Source: Octopus vulgaris
Lineage: Eukaryota
Length of the DNA: 64,000 bases
Assembly: GCA_951406725.2 (NCBI GenBank)
Contig: OX597827.1
Span: forward strand, 27,218,001-27,282,000
Reading direction: 5' to 3'
Part shown: piece after piece, positions 14,591 through 29,487 of the stretch
How the letters are laid out: each line of letters opens with the position of its first letter
How positions within the stretch are numbered: the stretch's first letter is position 1
The notes under the pieces: model-generated
What the model saw: the letters and a program-made list of their open reading frames with translations, nothing else
The model's database searches: none
Told to the model about the DNA's origin: nothing
Program-made: the position numbers and the translations under genes

Positions 14591-15728
14591 ACATATACAT
14601 ATGAGTGCATATACTCACACTCCTATACACATAAAAATATACATATACATAATAATGTAAATAAATAATAAAAATTAGTAAACATATATATGTTCCATAT
14701 TCAACGTTTCAGTTCTTCAACTTAATATTGTGATAATAAACATACACACATTAGTACCTAGATGCAAACATACATAGTCAATAGTACATTATATTACTTC
14801 CTACTAATTTCCAAAGTGTCATTAAAGTTAGCATCATTATCGTTGTCAATACCATTAATGCTACCATTATTATCATACATAATATTATTAATAATGCTTA
14901 CATTAGGATCCGAAGTGGTACATATGTATGTCCGTGTTCCAGTTAGTAATTTTCCTTATGACATAAATACACTATTGGATTTGAATTTAAATTATCATTG
15001 TCTACCTCATGGTTGGTCCGTTGAGAGCCGCCCGACCTCCACCACACCGCACAAGAAAAACATGCACATCCACATCCAACCCTAAACCCACACGTCCACA
15101 TAAAACACCACACACACAAGCACACACACATGAATACACCCCGACACATCGCTACACATTCACTAGATTGCAGAGTGCATGTCTGTCATCGCATGGCTTA
15201 TAGACAAATCAGTACAGGCAGCAGTGTCTATACACTAACACACACACTCACACGTACATCCGCATATACTCATAAATATTAATACACTCTCATATACTGT
15301 ATCAGGGAACATTCGCACACACATATATACATATTTAAATATATGTCTGTGCACTCACAAATAAAACCTATACTTATAAATACCCATGAATAAATATTTG
15401 CATATACATATATACATATCCAAATACGCACCTGCGTACTCATATGTATAAGAAAAACATACATCCGTACATCCACCCACGAACATACCTATACGTACAA
15501 AAACATACATACGTACACATACACATTTTCACACACCTCGACACCTCAACCCACATCCACTAAATCATAAATTAAAATATATGTCTGCCCATCCAAAGAC
15601 ATATATATATACATACACAAAAAGTAAACAGAAGTTACTATTAACTTAGATATAAGTTCATTAATTATAAATTAAATTAAATTGATTATAAGTTAGTAAG
15701 TGCCAAATAAACAAAAATAAATAATTAA

Positions 15729-15774
<46 letters not shown>

Positions 15775-15777
<3 letters not shown>

Positions 15778-16671
15778 ACGCGAATGTCCGCAAGCGCTGC
15801 ACGCGAGAGTGCACGCGAGAGTGCACACGTTGGTGCACATGCGCGGACGCGCTTGCGCATGCATGCGCGGGCGCACATACTTCGGTGCAGCGCCACCCGA
15901 GCCCACGCTTGTGCATCAGAAATACAACAACCCCCAACAAACCAACCGTAAAAAAAACTTATATGCTCATCGGGATAGACAACTTATAACAGTTCATTGT
16001 TAAACCTCGCTAAGATAAATATTTCAATTACCTGAAATTGACTGTAACCATAACTCGAATTATTACGAATTGGACAGCTATGAAACGATCGTAGTGTTTT
16101 ACTCATTATCTTTTATTAAACTTTTAATACTTTTGATATATATTTAAAATAATATAAATTAATTAATTTTATGTATTGGCTTATGTTTTTCATTGCTTGA
16201 TTTGCCTAATAGTGGTTTTATCTCTAATTTAATATAATATATATATATATATATATATATCCATGTATAGACAAATAGATAAATAAAATGGAATACAAGT
16301 TAAGGAGAGCACAAAGATAAACCTAATATAGTAAATATAAGTGGATACGCCGAAATGCATCCACATGCACATACATGTGCATGCACGCCCTCGCACGGAC
16401 ACGCGAATTCATGGCTGGGCCCACACTCACACACGATCACCGAGATGTACACCAGAACACGCGTACAAATACACGCAAATGTCCGCAAGCGCTGCACGCG
16501 AGAGTGCACACGTTGATGCACATCCGCGGACGCGCTCGCGGACGCATGCGCGGGCGCGCAAACTTCGGTGCAGCGCCACCCGAGCCCACGCTTGTGCAGC
16601 AGAAATACAACAACCCCCAACAAACCAACCGTAAAAAAAACTTATATGCTCATCGGGATAGACAACTTATA
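15775..16671. repeat. Direct repeat of a ~200-bp GC-rich unit (15775-15988 and 16470-16671)
   Basis: Near-identical AATGTCCGCAAGCGCTGCACGCGAGAG...CGGGATAGACAACTTATA in both copies. Confidence 0.95.
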
Positions 16672-16962
16672 CTAATTATAGACTCTCACATATTACATAT
16701 TGGTATAGCAAAAACTCAAACTAATGACCTAAGATATGATGCGCTTATACACCCTACACAGATAAAAGACTCTGTGGGGTTCCGAATATCATGCATATAT
16801 CAGAATAACTATATATTTTTGTATATTTTTCAGTCAGGACAGAAACAATCAATATAGAACACACATATGGAGACACAAAGTTATAAATTATAAATTGTAA
16901 GGACCAATAGAACAGTCCTATATAGAGGAATGCTAAAAGATTACTGGTAGAAGAATTAGATG

Positions 16963-18125
<1,163 letters not shown>

Positions 18126-18145
18126 ATGTATGTATGTATATATAT

Positions 18146-18364
18146 GGAGGCGCAATAGTGGTTAGGGCAGCGGACTGTCGCAGGATCGCGGTTTGATTCT
18201 CAGACCGGGCGTTGTGTGTGTTTATTGAGCGAAAAAACACCTAAAAGCTCTACGAGGCTCCGGCAGGGGGTGGTGATCCCTGCTGTACTCTTTCACCACA
18301 ATGGCGGTGCCCCAGCATGGCCACAGCTCAAAAGCTGAAACTGGAAAAACAAAAACAAAAACAA
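18146..18364 (+). mobile_element. SINE family D head joined to a family A-like tail
   Basis: GGAGGCGCAATAGTGGTTAGGGCAGCGGAC...CTGTACTCTTTCACCACA, then ATGGCGGTGCCCCAGCATGGCCACAG...GAAAC. Confidence 0.8.
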
Positions 18365-18375
18365 CAATATGTATG

Positions 18376-18423
<48 letters not shown>

Positions 18424-18507
18424 CATATATATATGTACATACATATATATATATGTGTGTGTGTACATACATATGTAGCTAGATAGCTTGCTAGCTAGCT
18501 AGCTAGC

Positions 18508-18593
<86 letters not shown>

Positions 18594-18839
18594 TAGATAA
18601 ATATGAATCTATGTGTATGAACCTGTGAGTGTGTATATTCACATACGAATGTGTGGGAGATGCTCAACCATTTTTATTGTTGACACAAGAGCAGGTAATT
18701 CGGTTGAACGAACAACTGAATCTTCCTCACTAAACGACGGAAATCCAGCAAGTACATACATACATACATACATACATACATACATACATACATACAAATA
18801 TATGAATGATCGCACACTGTCCGTTGCATTTTCCCCTCC

Positions 18840-19056
18840 TCACAGCAAGGGTTGTATGGTAAATTTGCTTCTCAACCACAATGGTTCTGAGTTCAGTCCC
18901 ACTGCGTGGCACATTGGGCAAATATCTTCTACTATAGCCTCGTGATGACCAAAGCCTTGCGAGTGGATTTGGCAGACGGAAACTGAAAGAAGCCCGTTAC
19001 ATACACAAATGTGTGTGTGTGTGTGTGTGTGGTGTGCGTATGTGTGTTTGGTGTGC

Positions 19057-19100
<44 letters not shown>

Positions 19101-19328
19101 ACGTGTCTTTGTGCCAGTGTTTGTCCCCCCTTCCAACATTTGGCAACCAGTCTTCGTATGTTTAGCTCCCCATAACTTAGCGGCTCGGTTCGAGAGACCG
19201 ATAATATAAGTTCCAGGCTTAAGTAAAAAAAAAAAACCGGTTGATTCCTTCGACAAAATTTCTTCAAGGCAATGCCTCGGCATGGCCGCTGTCTAATGAT
19301 TGTTGCATGTAAAAGAAAAGAAAAGAAA
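18840..19328 (+). mobile_element. SINE family A, full length with internal (TG)n
   Basis: Head, core GGGCAAATATCTTCTACTATAGCC, internal microsatellite, tail ending in AAAAG repeats. Confidence 0.9.
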
Positions 19329-19768
19329 ATAGCTATAGATGCATATAGTGTGTGTGTGTGTAATGACATGGTTCGATTCTCACTAGTGGGCTTGTTGCGG
19401 TCCTACCTCACAATGCCGTGTACAAGAGCGTACACAACCACAAAGCCTCATATAAAATCTTCTCACCATATTGCTTGCATTAAACGTGTCGATTATATTA
19501 ACATCTTGATGTACTGTTTACATTCTACAAACAGAGCTTTTTGATTGCTAGACACCGGCCAACAGGGAGCTGAGGGCTATTAGATACCTATGTTATCCCA
19601 AGGGGTTTTGTAATACGGTCAAATATTGCATTATTCTTTGAGAGCGAGTCTAAAAATAATCTTTATAGAATTAAAGGTTGCTTATGTTCTTTGGCGTTTA
19701 AAGAAATATTCTTCCGGTTTTTGTGTGAACACATATGGAAATAGAGTCGCAGACATTCAAACACACAC

Positions 19769-19809
<41 letters not shown>

Positions 19810-20612
19810 GAGAGGGTAGATATTAACTGATCATACAGTGACAGATACATACATATATGCATACATACAGTGAATATGCATGTATGTATTACTGTGTGTG
19901 TAACGCATGTATGTATGCATGTACGTTCGCATTTATGTACGTATGTGCGGACAAATGTGCATCTATGTCTGGGTATAGATAAGTGTGTGTGTGTATATAT
20001 AGAGACTCACATACATACATATATGAGTGTGTATGTCTGTATAAGAATGTACATATCTCCGTATATACATGCATCTATATTCATATAAGCGTGTATATGT
20101 ATATATGTATGTGTATATATATAAATATATGTATATATATATATAGAGACAGATAGATAGATGTGTTCACACACACACACCCACCGACATATGAGCAGAA
20201 GTAAAAAGCCGAGTCTGGAGTAAAGCTCTAAGCAGACTGTCAACTTTTAATAAAATATACATGCATATCCACTCCACTCATGCGTATTGAGTTCTATATC
20301 AGATAATATTTGATGTACGCAAAATATATCTTTGATATTGTTTACAACTCTTATATATATATATATATAACTCATTTTCATACAACATATATGACATTCA
20401 CTTTTATACAAAATATTTCGAGTTAAAAACGCTCCTTATCAAACGGAAATGATTACTTATTGTAACATTGAAAGTATTCAGATTTATTCCGATCAAACTT
20501 CACCACCTGTGCCACAAAAAAAAATCGACTTGTATAGGGTGTTGTTATCTCTCCAACTTATGTCTGCTGTCGCATCCCTCGCCAGTCAGTAAAATGCCTG
20601 ACGTTTTATATG

Positions 20613-20670
<58 letters not shown>

Positions 20671-20710
20671 TGATGATGACGATGATGATGACAATGAAGA
20701 TGACGATGAC

Positions 20711-20759
<49 letters not shown>

Positions 20760-21091
20760 TATGGCTTCTTTTATTCAAATTCATACCTTCAGACAAATTT
20801 TTCTCACTTCGAATCTAAATATATGTAGATCTTTGCTGGGATCAGGAAAAAGACGTTAATAAAAATAAATAAATAAATAAAATAGATAGAATAAATAAAT
20901 TTTCGCTGGGTTCTAACATCAAAGTAGAGAATACCTGAACATCAAAGCGAAGAAGATGGAATTTGAAAATAGCCGAAAATAGAAGATTACATGTCTTTCC
21001 GGATGCGACGCTGCGGCTGCCAAAACCGTTCTTATGTTCAATAGGGGCGAGTTAACTCATCCTTTGGCGACAGAAGGATTACACACACACA

Positions 21092-21141
<50 letters not shown>

Positions 21142-21198
21142 TGGGGTTTAAGATGATATCAAAAGAAACTACATGTACAATATCTACAAGATATATAT

Positions 21199-21291
<93 letters not shown>

Positions 21292-21424
21292 ATATATATA
21301 GCAACCAGCACAAAGTTGTAGAGTAAATTACTTGTATGTAAGGGAATAAAACAGGCAATTTTTCTTTCATGGTTACGAAAAGTTTCTTTCTTAGGGACAA
21401 TCGTCAGATCGCTTACTTTAATTA

Positions 21425-21472
<48 letters not shown>

Positions 21473-21917
21473 CATGTGGGTAATAACCTCATAACATGCA
21501 GTTCAAAGCTCCTATTAAGTTACCGGCTACCATATGGCAACATGCAGCAGGATTCCTGCTTTTATTGGATATACATGTGAAAATCTATTAGTGTATGCAG
21601 AATTTACATAAAAATATAAATCATATATTATAAATTATGAAAGTATGCATGTATGCGTGTATGCATGTGTGTATGTATGTATGTATGTATGTATGTATAC
21701 ATGAATGACTGTATATGTGTGTGTAAATATGCGTGTGTTTGCGTCTGTGTATATAATACGTTAAACATGTCTAGCGTAGCAGTGTGGCTGAGAAGCTTGC
21801 TTCCCAAAAATTTTGTGGGAGTGGGGGGCTAGGCGATTACATTAAACCCAAGTGCGTAGCTGGTACTTAATTTATGAATCCTGAAAGTATGAAAGGCAAA
21901 GTCGACCTCAACGGAAT

Positions 21918-21970
<53 letters not shown>

Positions 21971-22002
21971 AAGAAGAAGAAGAAGAAGAAGAAGAAGAAG
22001 AA

Positions 22003-22054
<52 letters not shown>

Positions 22055-22100
22055 GGTGGTGGTGGTCGTCGTCGTCGTCGTCGTCATCGTCGTCGTCGTC

Positions 22101-22165
<65 letters not shown>
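21918..22165. repeat. Compound trinucleotide array (AAT)(AGA)(GTA)(GTG)(GTC)(GTA)
   Basis: Visible directly. Confidence 0.95.
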
Positions 22166-22168
<3 letters not shown>

Positions 22169-22169
22169 G

Positions 22170-22430
22170 AATTGGGTCGATGTAATCGACTTACTGCCTT
22201 CCCGGAAATTGCTGGCCTTGTGTCAAAATTTGAAAACAATTTATGCAAGAGGCAACCGGCGGGTGGCAGCATTGTTAGCACGCCGAACAAAATGTATAAT
22301 GGAATTTCTTCCGCTTTTACATTCCGAGTTCAAATTCCGCTGAGTTCTTTGTCTTTTGTCGTTTGGGAAACACTGGGATCGACGGTAATCGACCAAACAC
22401 TGGAATTTCAGGTCTTGTGGTCACAGAGAA
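22170..22430 (+). mobile_element. SINE family B fragments in tandem
   Basis: GGGTCGATGTAATCGACTTA...GCTGGCCTTGTG tail, followed by a second decayed copy. Confidence 0.75.
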
Positions 22431-22629
22431 AAAATTTTATACTATTTCTATATTCAACACACACACACACACTCACACACACACACGCACTCACGCACGC
22501 ACACACAAACGCCTACGCACACACACACACTATTTCTGCTTTCTCATGCGTTTGCTCACCCTCTTCTTCTATACCTTACGTCATGAACGTTCATGGTTCT
22601 TCTATACCTTCATGGCTATACCTTCATGG

Positions 22630-22822
22630 CTATACGTTCATGGCTCAATGGTTAAGGGTATTCGGTCCACGATCGTTGGGAGTTCGATTGCCGGCAACGC
22701 GTTTTATCCATGAGCAAGACACTTTATTTATTCCACACAGCTGGCAAAAACGCATCGTACCAGTAATTCAAATAGCCAACCTTGTCACATTTCGTGTTAC
22801 GTTGGATATCCCTAAGAACTAA
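22630..22822 (+). mobile_element. SINE family C, partial
   Basis: TGGCTCAATGGTTAAGG...GAGTTCGATT...GAGCAAGACACTTTATTT...CTTGTCACA. Confidence 0.75.
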
Positions 22823-23069
22823 GTGTACCGGTGTAATATGTAGTCTGCATAAAGGCGGTGCTCCAGCATGGCCTCAGTCAAATGACTTAAACAAATAAAA
22901 GAATAAAAGAATAAAAGAATACACGTTTCTGGTATAGCTGGTAATCTACATTAGTTCAAATGGTATACTTTATGAACTACACCGACTTTTTGATCGACAT
23001 TTAAAATTTATCTGTTAACTCGACTTCCGGTTGGTTTGCTATATAAACCAAAAAACCTTTTATGATTTA

Positions 23070-23136
23070 GGCGTAGGAGTGGCTGTGTGATAAGTAGCTT
23101 GCTTACGAACCACATGGTTCCGGGTTCAGTCCCACT
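23070..23136 (+). mobile_element. SINE family A head, truncated by the adjacent MITE
   Basis: GGCGTAGGAGTGGCTGTGTGATAAGTAGCTTGCTTAC...GGTTCAGTCCCACT. Confidence 0.85.
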
Positions 23137-23636
23137 ATATAGTCCGCCCTTGTGTATAATACGCAGGGGATTTTTAGAGGGCTGTACCTCTGAAAAACTT
23201 AAACCTTGTGTATAATTCGCACCCCTTCTTTAACCTGAGTCAAGGAGGTCTATATAACGTCCTTGGTTTGTAAAAATGTATACGGTAACGTCCTTAATTA
23301 TTATTGTATATATAACATAATGCAAACGTGTGGGTTTTTTGTGTATTTTGATTGCAGAAAATAAAGAAATAACAGTAATAACGTTTAATAAATGTTGCTT
23401 ACTGCAAGTTACGGATGATTCTTTTACGACTTCATAGCTTTCAGGATTAGCTTAAGGTATTTTCGCGCCCGACATCACAAAATGCGTCTGAATAAACATT
23501 GCCGGACAGCAAATAGAAACTCGAACATTACTCAGAAAATAATTTTCATTTTTAACCTCGTGTAAAAAACGCACTAGGGATTTTGACCATAAAATTTTGG
23601 GGAAATAATGCGGATTTTACTCGAGGATTTACGGTA
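23137..23636. mobile_element. Non-autonomous pogo/Tc2-like DNA transposon (MITE) with truncated left TIR
   Basis: Right end GCGGATTTTACTCGAGGATTTACGG followed by TA (CCGTA-type TIR). Left end keeps only TATAGTCCGC; subterminal repeats CTTGTGTATAAT.CGCA. Confidence 0.7.
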
Positions 23637-23934
23637 TAACAAAATTTTGAATGTAGATCAGAAACTAGTATAGATTTGAGTTGCTGTAGATCACAATGGC
23701 ACGTAGATCACATCCAACACCGGCAGCGAACTAAGTTAAGGGTACGCATGTCTGTGAAGTGCTCAACCTGTTGCACGTTAATTGCATGAGCTGGCTATCA
23801 CGTAAATCCGATCATCTGAAACCGACGGAGCAGCAGTTTATACTCTTATAACCTTACACTGTTTTGTAAATGTAGGCAACTCCATAGTTGCCCTCATTAT
23901 TATTATCTACGTTCCCTCGTAAGCGTTGGGGCGA

Positions 23935-24092
23935 AAGATTACAACAGGGGTCGCCACCACCCCCAGCCGGAACGTCGTGGAGTTTTAGATGTTTTCGCTC
24001 AGTAAACACACACAACGCCCGGTCTGGGAATCGAAACTGCGATCCTCCGACCGCGAGTCCGCTGCCCTAACCACTGGGCCATTGCGCTTCCA
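23935..24092 (-). mobile_element. SINE family D head
   Basis: Reverse complement reads GGAAGCGCAATGGCCCAGTGGTTAGGGCAGCGGACTCGCGGTCGGAGGATCGCAGTTTCGATTCCC. Confidence 0.85.
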
Positions 24093-24150
24093 CAGTTGCC
24101 CTCATAACAATAAAGTAATCATCATCATCACCATCATCAATCGTTGTAGA

Positions 24151-24218
<68 letters not shown>

Positions 24219-24745
24219 CGTATTTTGTAGTCGATGCTGCTGCAGTTTTTTTTTTATTATTAGTATTACACGCCCAGGTGGATAAGCAGATGTTATCGTA
24301 TACTGTAACACTGTTTAATACGTGTTGCTATCAATTCTTTGTTAGTCTTAAACGGTATTTTTTTTAAAAGGAGACCAGATAAGTATGAATTCCTTCCCCT
24401 TCAAACCACCACTGCCACCAACCGTCCCCGTCACCGCCATTACTTGTCTGCTTGTTGATTTATTGCTGTCGGGGGGTGAAGGAGGGGTAGTTGGGAACTT
24501 TCCGCCGTCTGCACCGTTGTGGAGAGAAAGAATAGGATGGACAGGAAGAAAAAGTATACATAAAGAAAGAGAAAGAGAGAGACGGAGGGAGGGAGGGAGA
24601 GAGAAAGGAGTCATGTACATTCATACACACACACACACACACACATATATATATCGTGACACTCCGCCGGTTACAACGACGAGGGTTCCAGTTGATCCGA
24701 TCAACGAAACAGCCTGCTCCTGAAATTAACGTGCAAGTGGCTGAG

Positions 24746-24785
<40 letters not shown>

Positions 24786-25036
24786 TGTCACAACCTGGGA
24801 CCTTGAAGACTGCTATAACGCATGAAAGTATACTAGTCCCTTAATATTTGATATTCAAGATTTCATCTATTCAATAAGACAATCAATACTTCATTTCATT
24901 TGACTATATATATATTATTTATACTATATATTTTATATTAATATTATAAAGAATATAAATAAAACATAAAAATTAGACAGAGTTGGAATTTCTTTCAATA
25001 ATATATATCCCTCTACACGCAATCATACAAACCCCT

Positions 25037-25098
<62 letters not shown>

Positions 25099-25540
25099 AA
25101 AGATACAGCACATCGTATTTAGCTGGATAACGTCATCCGTAGCTAAATGTTAAAGCAACACTTTATGTAACTGCGAGTCTACAAAACACTGTATGTTGCT
25201 TACATCATGTGAATAGATATGTTTGAAGTGTCTAAGACTGTTCCTGATATCTTTGGAGCTTTAAGTAGGAAGACAGAAGCGGATCCAAATGGAGAGGAGT
25301 GGCTGGTTATCATGGGTGAACTTTTACTTCAGACTTGAGCTGTTTAGAGTGGCGCCTGTTTCAGTTATGGGGAATGGCCGTAACAGTGTTAAATTGACGA
25401 GTGTTTTGTTAATTTTGCGATGTTTAAGGCAAACTTTTACTGTGGTGCTATCACCTTAGTTCCTGCTGAGGTAATTGGCATGGAAACGGTTTGGCTATGG
25501 ATTCGGCAACAGAACACATACACACACATACACACTCACA

Positions 25541-25589
<49 letters not shown>

Positions 25590-25617
25590 ACACATTCATA
25601 TTCACATTTAATGATAA

Positions 25618-25764
25618 AGGCGGCATGGTTGTGTGGTAAGATTGCTTCCCAACCACACGGTTCCGGGTTCAGTCCCACCGCGTGCCACCTTGGGCAAATG
25701 TCTTCTACTATAGCCTCGGGTCCTTGTGAGTGGATTTGGTAAACGGAAACTGAAAGAACCCCGT

Positions 25765-25813
<49 letters not shown>

Positions 25814-26712
25814 GCAAAGTTTACGAAAATAAACAAAAGACGAAGGCAGGTGGTGTACAAACAAACAAATGTATTAGTATAGCGCTCAGGAATAGAAAAA
25901 GTCTTTTACGTTTCGAGCCTACGCTCTTCCACAGAAAGATACACAGAAAAAAACAAGGAGAGAAAAAAATGCGAGTAGTAGCTAATGATCTATCATAGCG
26001 TCTGACTTCGAACAGAATGGTCAGACGCGAGAGAGACAGTACGGAAGATAACAGGGTCAAGTGACTTCCAATACGAAGGATCCCCCAACACAAAGGTGCG
26101 TGTGTGTATAAGAGAGTATGCATGTGCGTGTGAAAGAGGGCTGGTGGTCTGTACGTGTGTGTGTATGTATGTGTGCGTGTGGAGATGTGGGGAGGTAGGG
26201 GAGGCGTGTGATGTTGTAGGGTGTAGTGTAGTGTGGTGTGATGTTGTGGGGAGGTGGGGGAGGCGAGAGTGGGGAAAGCACAGGTGGGGTGTGGGTTCGG
26301 CTGGGGGTTGGGGTAGAGTGGGGGTTGTGGGTAGGTGGAGGGTGGGGTTAGAGGTGAGGTATGTGGGGAGGGAATATATATATATATGTATGTATGTGTG
26401 TGTGTGTATGTATGTATGTATGTATGTATGTATGTATGTATGTATGTATGTATGTATGTATGTATGTATGTATGTATGTATGTATGTATGAATGAATGTA
26501 TGTATGTATGTGAGTGTGTGTGCATATATGTGTGTGTTTAACCGGTGTTGGTGTGTTTATGTCCTCGTAACTTACCGTTTCGGCAAAAGAGGCCGATAGG
26601 GTATGTACCGGGTTGAAAAAAAGAAGTACTGCTGTCGATTCATTGGATTGAAAATTCTTCAAGGCGCTACCCCAGGATGGCCGCAGTTCAATGACTGAAA
26701 CAAGTAAAAGAA
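25618..26712 (+). mobile_element. SINE family A split in its internal microsatellite (5' half 25618-25775, 3' half 26530-26712)
   Basis: The two halves are collinear with intact copies; the gap holds (TA)n, the hammerhead element and (TATG)n. Confidence 0.8.
25811..26375 (-). mobile_element. Hammerhead-bearing PLE-like non-autonomous element nested in a SINE
   Basis: 25811-26000 is homologous to 14010-14225. Hammerhead at 25902-25939 (TCTTT-CTGTGGA-A-GAGC GTAG GCTC-GAAAC-GTA-AAAGA). The 3' end abuts (TA)n. Confidence 0.7.
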
Positions 26713-26830
26713 TATATATATATGTATATATATATATAGATATATATAAATGCATACATATATATATATATATATAATATATATATATACATATATATAT
26801 ATATGTACATATATATATATATATATATAT

Positions 26831-27681
26831 AAACAAAGGGGGGGGGTGCACATAACGCCGCAATAATATAAGAATAAATGTTTTATATATAAAGAACGTG
26901 AAATACAGGAAGGGACAAACACGGAACACAGACAAATCATTCGAAGCCTTCAATCTTCAGTCAGACACCGAATCATCATAGCAAATTTCGGCTGTTCAAT
27001 TCTGATATTTGCTCCAACTCGGCCAGACCCAAGAAAAAAACTAAGCTGTAAGCATTAGATTTCTTGGTAGAAGACAGGAATGTGAACGCACGAGACGGAT
27101 GTAAATACGAGAGACGAAAACGAAATTGAAAACGGTAACGGTTAAACAAAATATAATATAACGGTGGTTGTCATACGACTTTAGACCAAATGAGACAAAA
27201 ACAACAAACATAGCAGCTGGCGTAGAAATAATTACCTTTACGGTAGAGGGGACAAATACAGATGTTGGCGAGATACGATCGCCAACGAAATGGTGGAGAA
27301 GCAGCAGGTTGCAGGGGAGAGAGAGAAAGAGAGACAGAGAGAGAGGGAATCAAAGAGGGTGGAAGGCAGGGGACAGAATCAGTCAGAGACCAAGAGAAAA
27401 AGAGAGAGAAGGGATTGAGGAGGATGGGAGGAAGAGGGGGAAGAAAAAAGGGCGCCAAAATAGTTTGGTCAAGAAGCAATGGCGGGTAGGAAAGAGAAAG
27501 TATATAGAAGTCGTGCAGGGTTTGGGGCTGGGCGAGTTGGAGCAAATATCAGAATTGAACAGCCGAAATTTGCTATGATGATTCGGTGTCTGACTGAAGA
27601 TTGAAGGCTTCGAATGATTTGTCTGTGTTCCGTGTTTGTCCCTTCATGTATTTCACGTTCTTTATATATAAAACATTTATT
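26831..27681. mobile_element. Element with ~160-bp inverted repeats (26873-27032 / 27522-27681), flanked by (TA)n
   Basis: AATAAATGTTTTATATATAAAGAACGTGAAATAC...GCTCCAACTCG and its reverse complement; a related single copy is at 39630-39765. Confidence 0.85.
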
Positions 27682-27690
27682 ATATATATA

Positions 27691-27730
<40 letters not shown>

Positions 27731-27818
27731 TTTTGGGATATATATACATACATATATATATCGTTTCGGGATATGCTTTGCAAGATCCTCTATATGAGTT
27801 CGTGTGTTGAAACATATT

Positions 27819-27996
27819 TGTTGTATCTGGGGAGAGTAATTTCTTTTTTTGTGCCTTATAATGTAAAACATTCACCGGTAAAATTTCCACTTATTTCTTA
27901 TTTTTATTTTCCTAAAATAAGAAATAAGTGGAAATTTTACCGGTGAGTGTGTTACATTATAAGGCACAAAAAAAATTACTCTCGCCAGACACAACA
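27819..27996. repeat. ~180-bp near-perfect fold-back palindrome
   Basis: TGTTGTATCTGG...CACCGGTAAAATTTCCACTTATTTCTTA / TAAGAAATAAGTGGAAATTTTACCGGTG...CCAGACACAACA. Confidence 0.95.
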
Positions 27997-28088
27997 GTCC
28001 TTCCTCCCTTTTTTCCTGAGCGCCTAATAATACTTTAATTGTTCCACATCCTCGCGTTGTTGTCTTTTTTGTTTTCTTGTTTGGATTA

Positions 28089-28151
<63 letters not shown>

Positions 28152-28169
28152 AGGGAGGTGCTGTTTTAA

Positions 28170-28290
28170 ATTTATAGAAGTCAAAAGACGGAGACAGATG
28201 TAGGAACAACAAACAGATGTCTTAGTTTAACGCTCAGGAAGGATGGAAATGTCTTTGACTTTGCGAGCCTACGCTCTTCGACAGAAAGGA
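28170..28290 (-). mobile_element. Third copy of the hammerhead element family (more decayed)
   Basis: Reverse complement reads CTTT-CTGTCGA-A-GAGC GTAG GCTC-GCAAA-GTC-AAAGA, followed by TTCCTGAGCG, as in the other copies. Confidence 0.65.
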
Positions 28291-28589
28291 TTAAGTGGTG
28301 GGTAAAATGGAGAGAGAACGGGAGGAGGAGCAAAAAGAGAACGGAGAGAGAAAAAATGTGGCTGGTTTAACGGTTCATATATATGGCTGGGTATTCCTGC
28401 TCAATAGCCGTTATCAGCACGACAATTATGCGGCGTTGTCTCCAGAAACCAAAAAACTTATACAAAGAGTTTCTATCAACCAAATACTTCCAGTAGGTAT
28501 GCATAGGTTGGCCCAGACACTTGACCGAGATGCCGTGCAGTGGAACTGAACCCAAAACACGGTAATTGCAAAGCGAGGCGTACTATTTT

Positions 28590-29010
28590 GTTTCTTTTAT
28601 CTGTTACTTCTTTCAATCATTGAACTGCGGCCATGCTGGGGCACCGCTTTCAAAGATATTTGGTCTAATGAATCAACCCCGTAACTTATTACGTTTTTTT
28701 AAAGCTTGGTACTTATTCTACCTGTATTTTTTGTCGAACCGCTAAGTTACGGGAACATAAGCACACGAACACCAATTGTGAAGCCGTGGTGAGGGACAAG
28801 CCCAGGCACAATCACACACACACACACACACACACAAATATAGATACGCCAGGCTTCTATCAGTTTCCGTCCACCAAATTCACTCACAAGGCGTCAGTCA
28901 GCCAGAGGCTATAGTAGAAGATGGCACGCAGGGTGGCACGCAGTGGGACTGAAACCAGAACCATATGGTTGGTAAGCAAGCTTCTTACCACACAGCCGTG
29001 CTTGTGCCTA
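28590..29010 (-). mobile_element. SINE family A, full length
   Basis: Reverse complement matches head, core, internal microsatellite and tail. Confidence 0.9.
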
Positions 29011-29455
29011 CACACATACATACACACACACACACACGCACGCACTCAGACACAAAGAACTGTATTAAACTGAAGTGTCATGTGATCATCAGAAAACAAC
29101 GAACTATTACAAAATAACAACAATACCAAAATAAAATATTAAAAAGAAATTAAACAAAAATAAATGAAAGAAAAAAACCCTAACAAAGAAATTACGAACA
29201 ATAACATCACAGAATAAGGGAATAATGGAATATACGAGAACAGTATGGAGATGATAGTTCAAAATAAAGACACGTCGCATTTCTTCCGCTCCTCCGCTCC
29301 TCTAAAAGGAATTCATTGAGTAAAGAGAGAACAACGGGCCTCTGTGTCAAAGGAGGCGGGGGTGGTTAGTGTGTGTGTGTGCTATTATAAAGTGACTCGG
29401 TCCTCCATAGCTTGTGAATGTTGTTGTTGCTGCTGCTACTATTGTTGTAGATGCT

Positions 29456-29487
<32 letters not shown>

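Noticed and set aside
16300-16857. ORFs across the GC-rich repeat
   Set aside because: They are open on both strands because of composition, carry no recognisable domain, and lie in the presumed PLE 3' region.
27594-27620. CTGAAGATTGAAGGCTTCGAATGA as a hammerhead
   Set aside because: There is no GAAA followed by stem III and an NUH site in the right place, so it was not counted.
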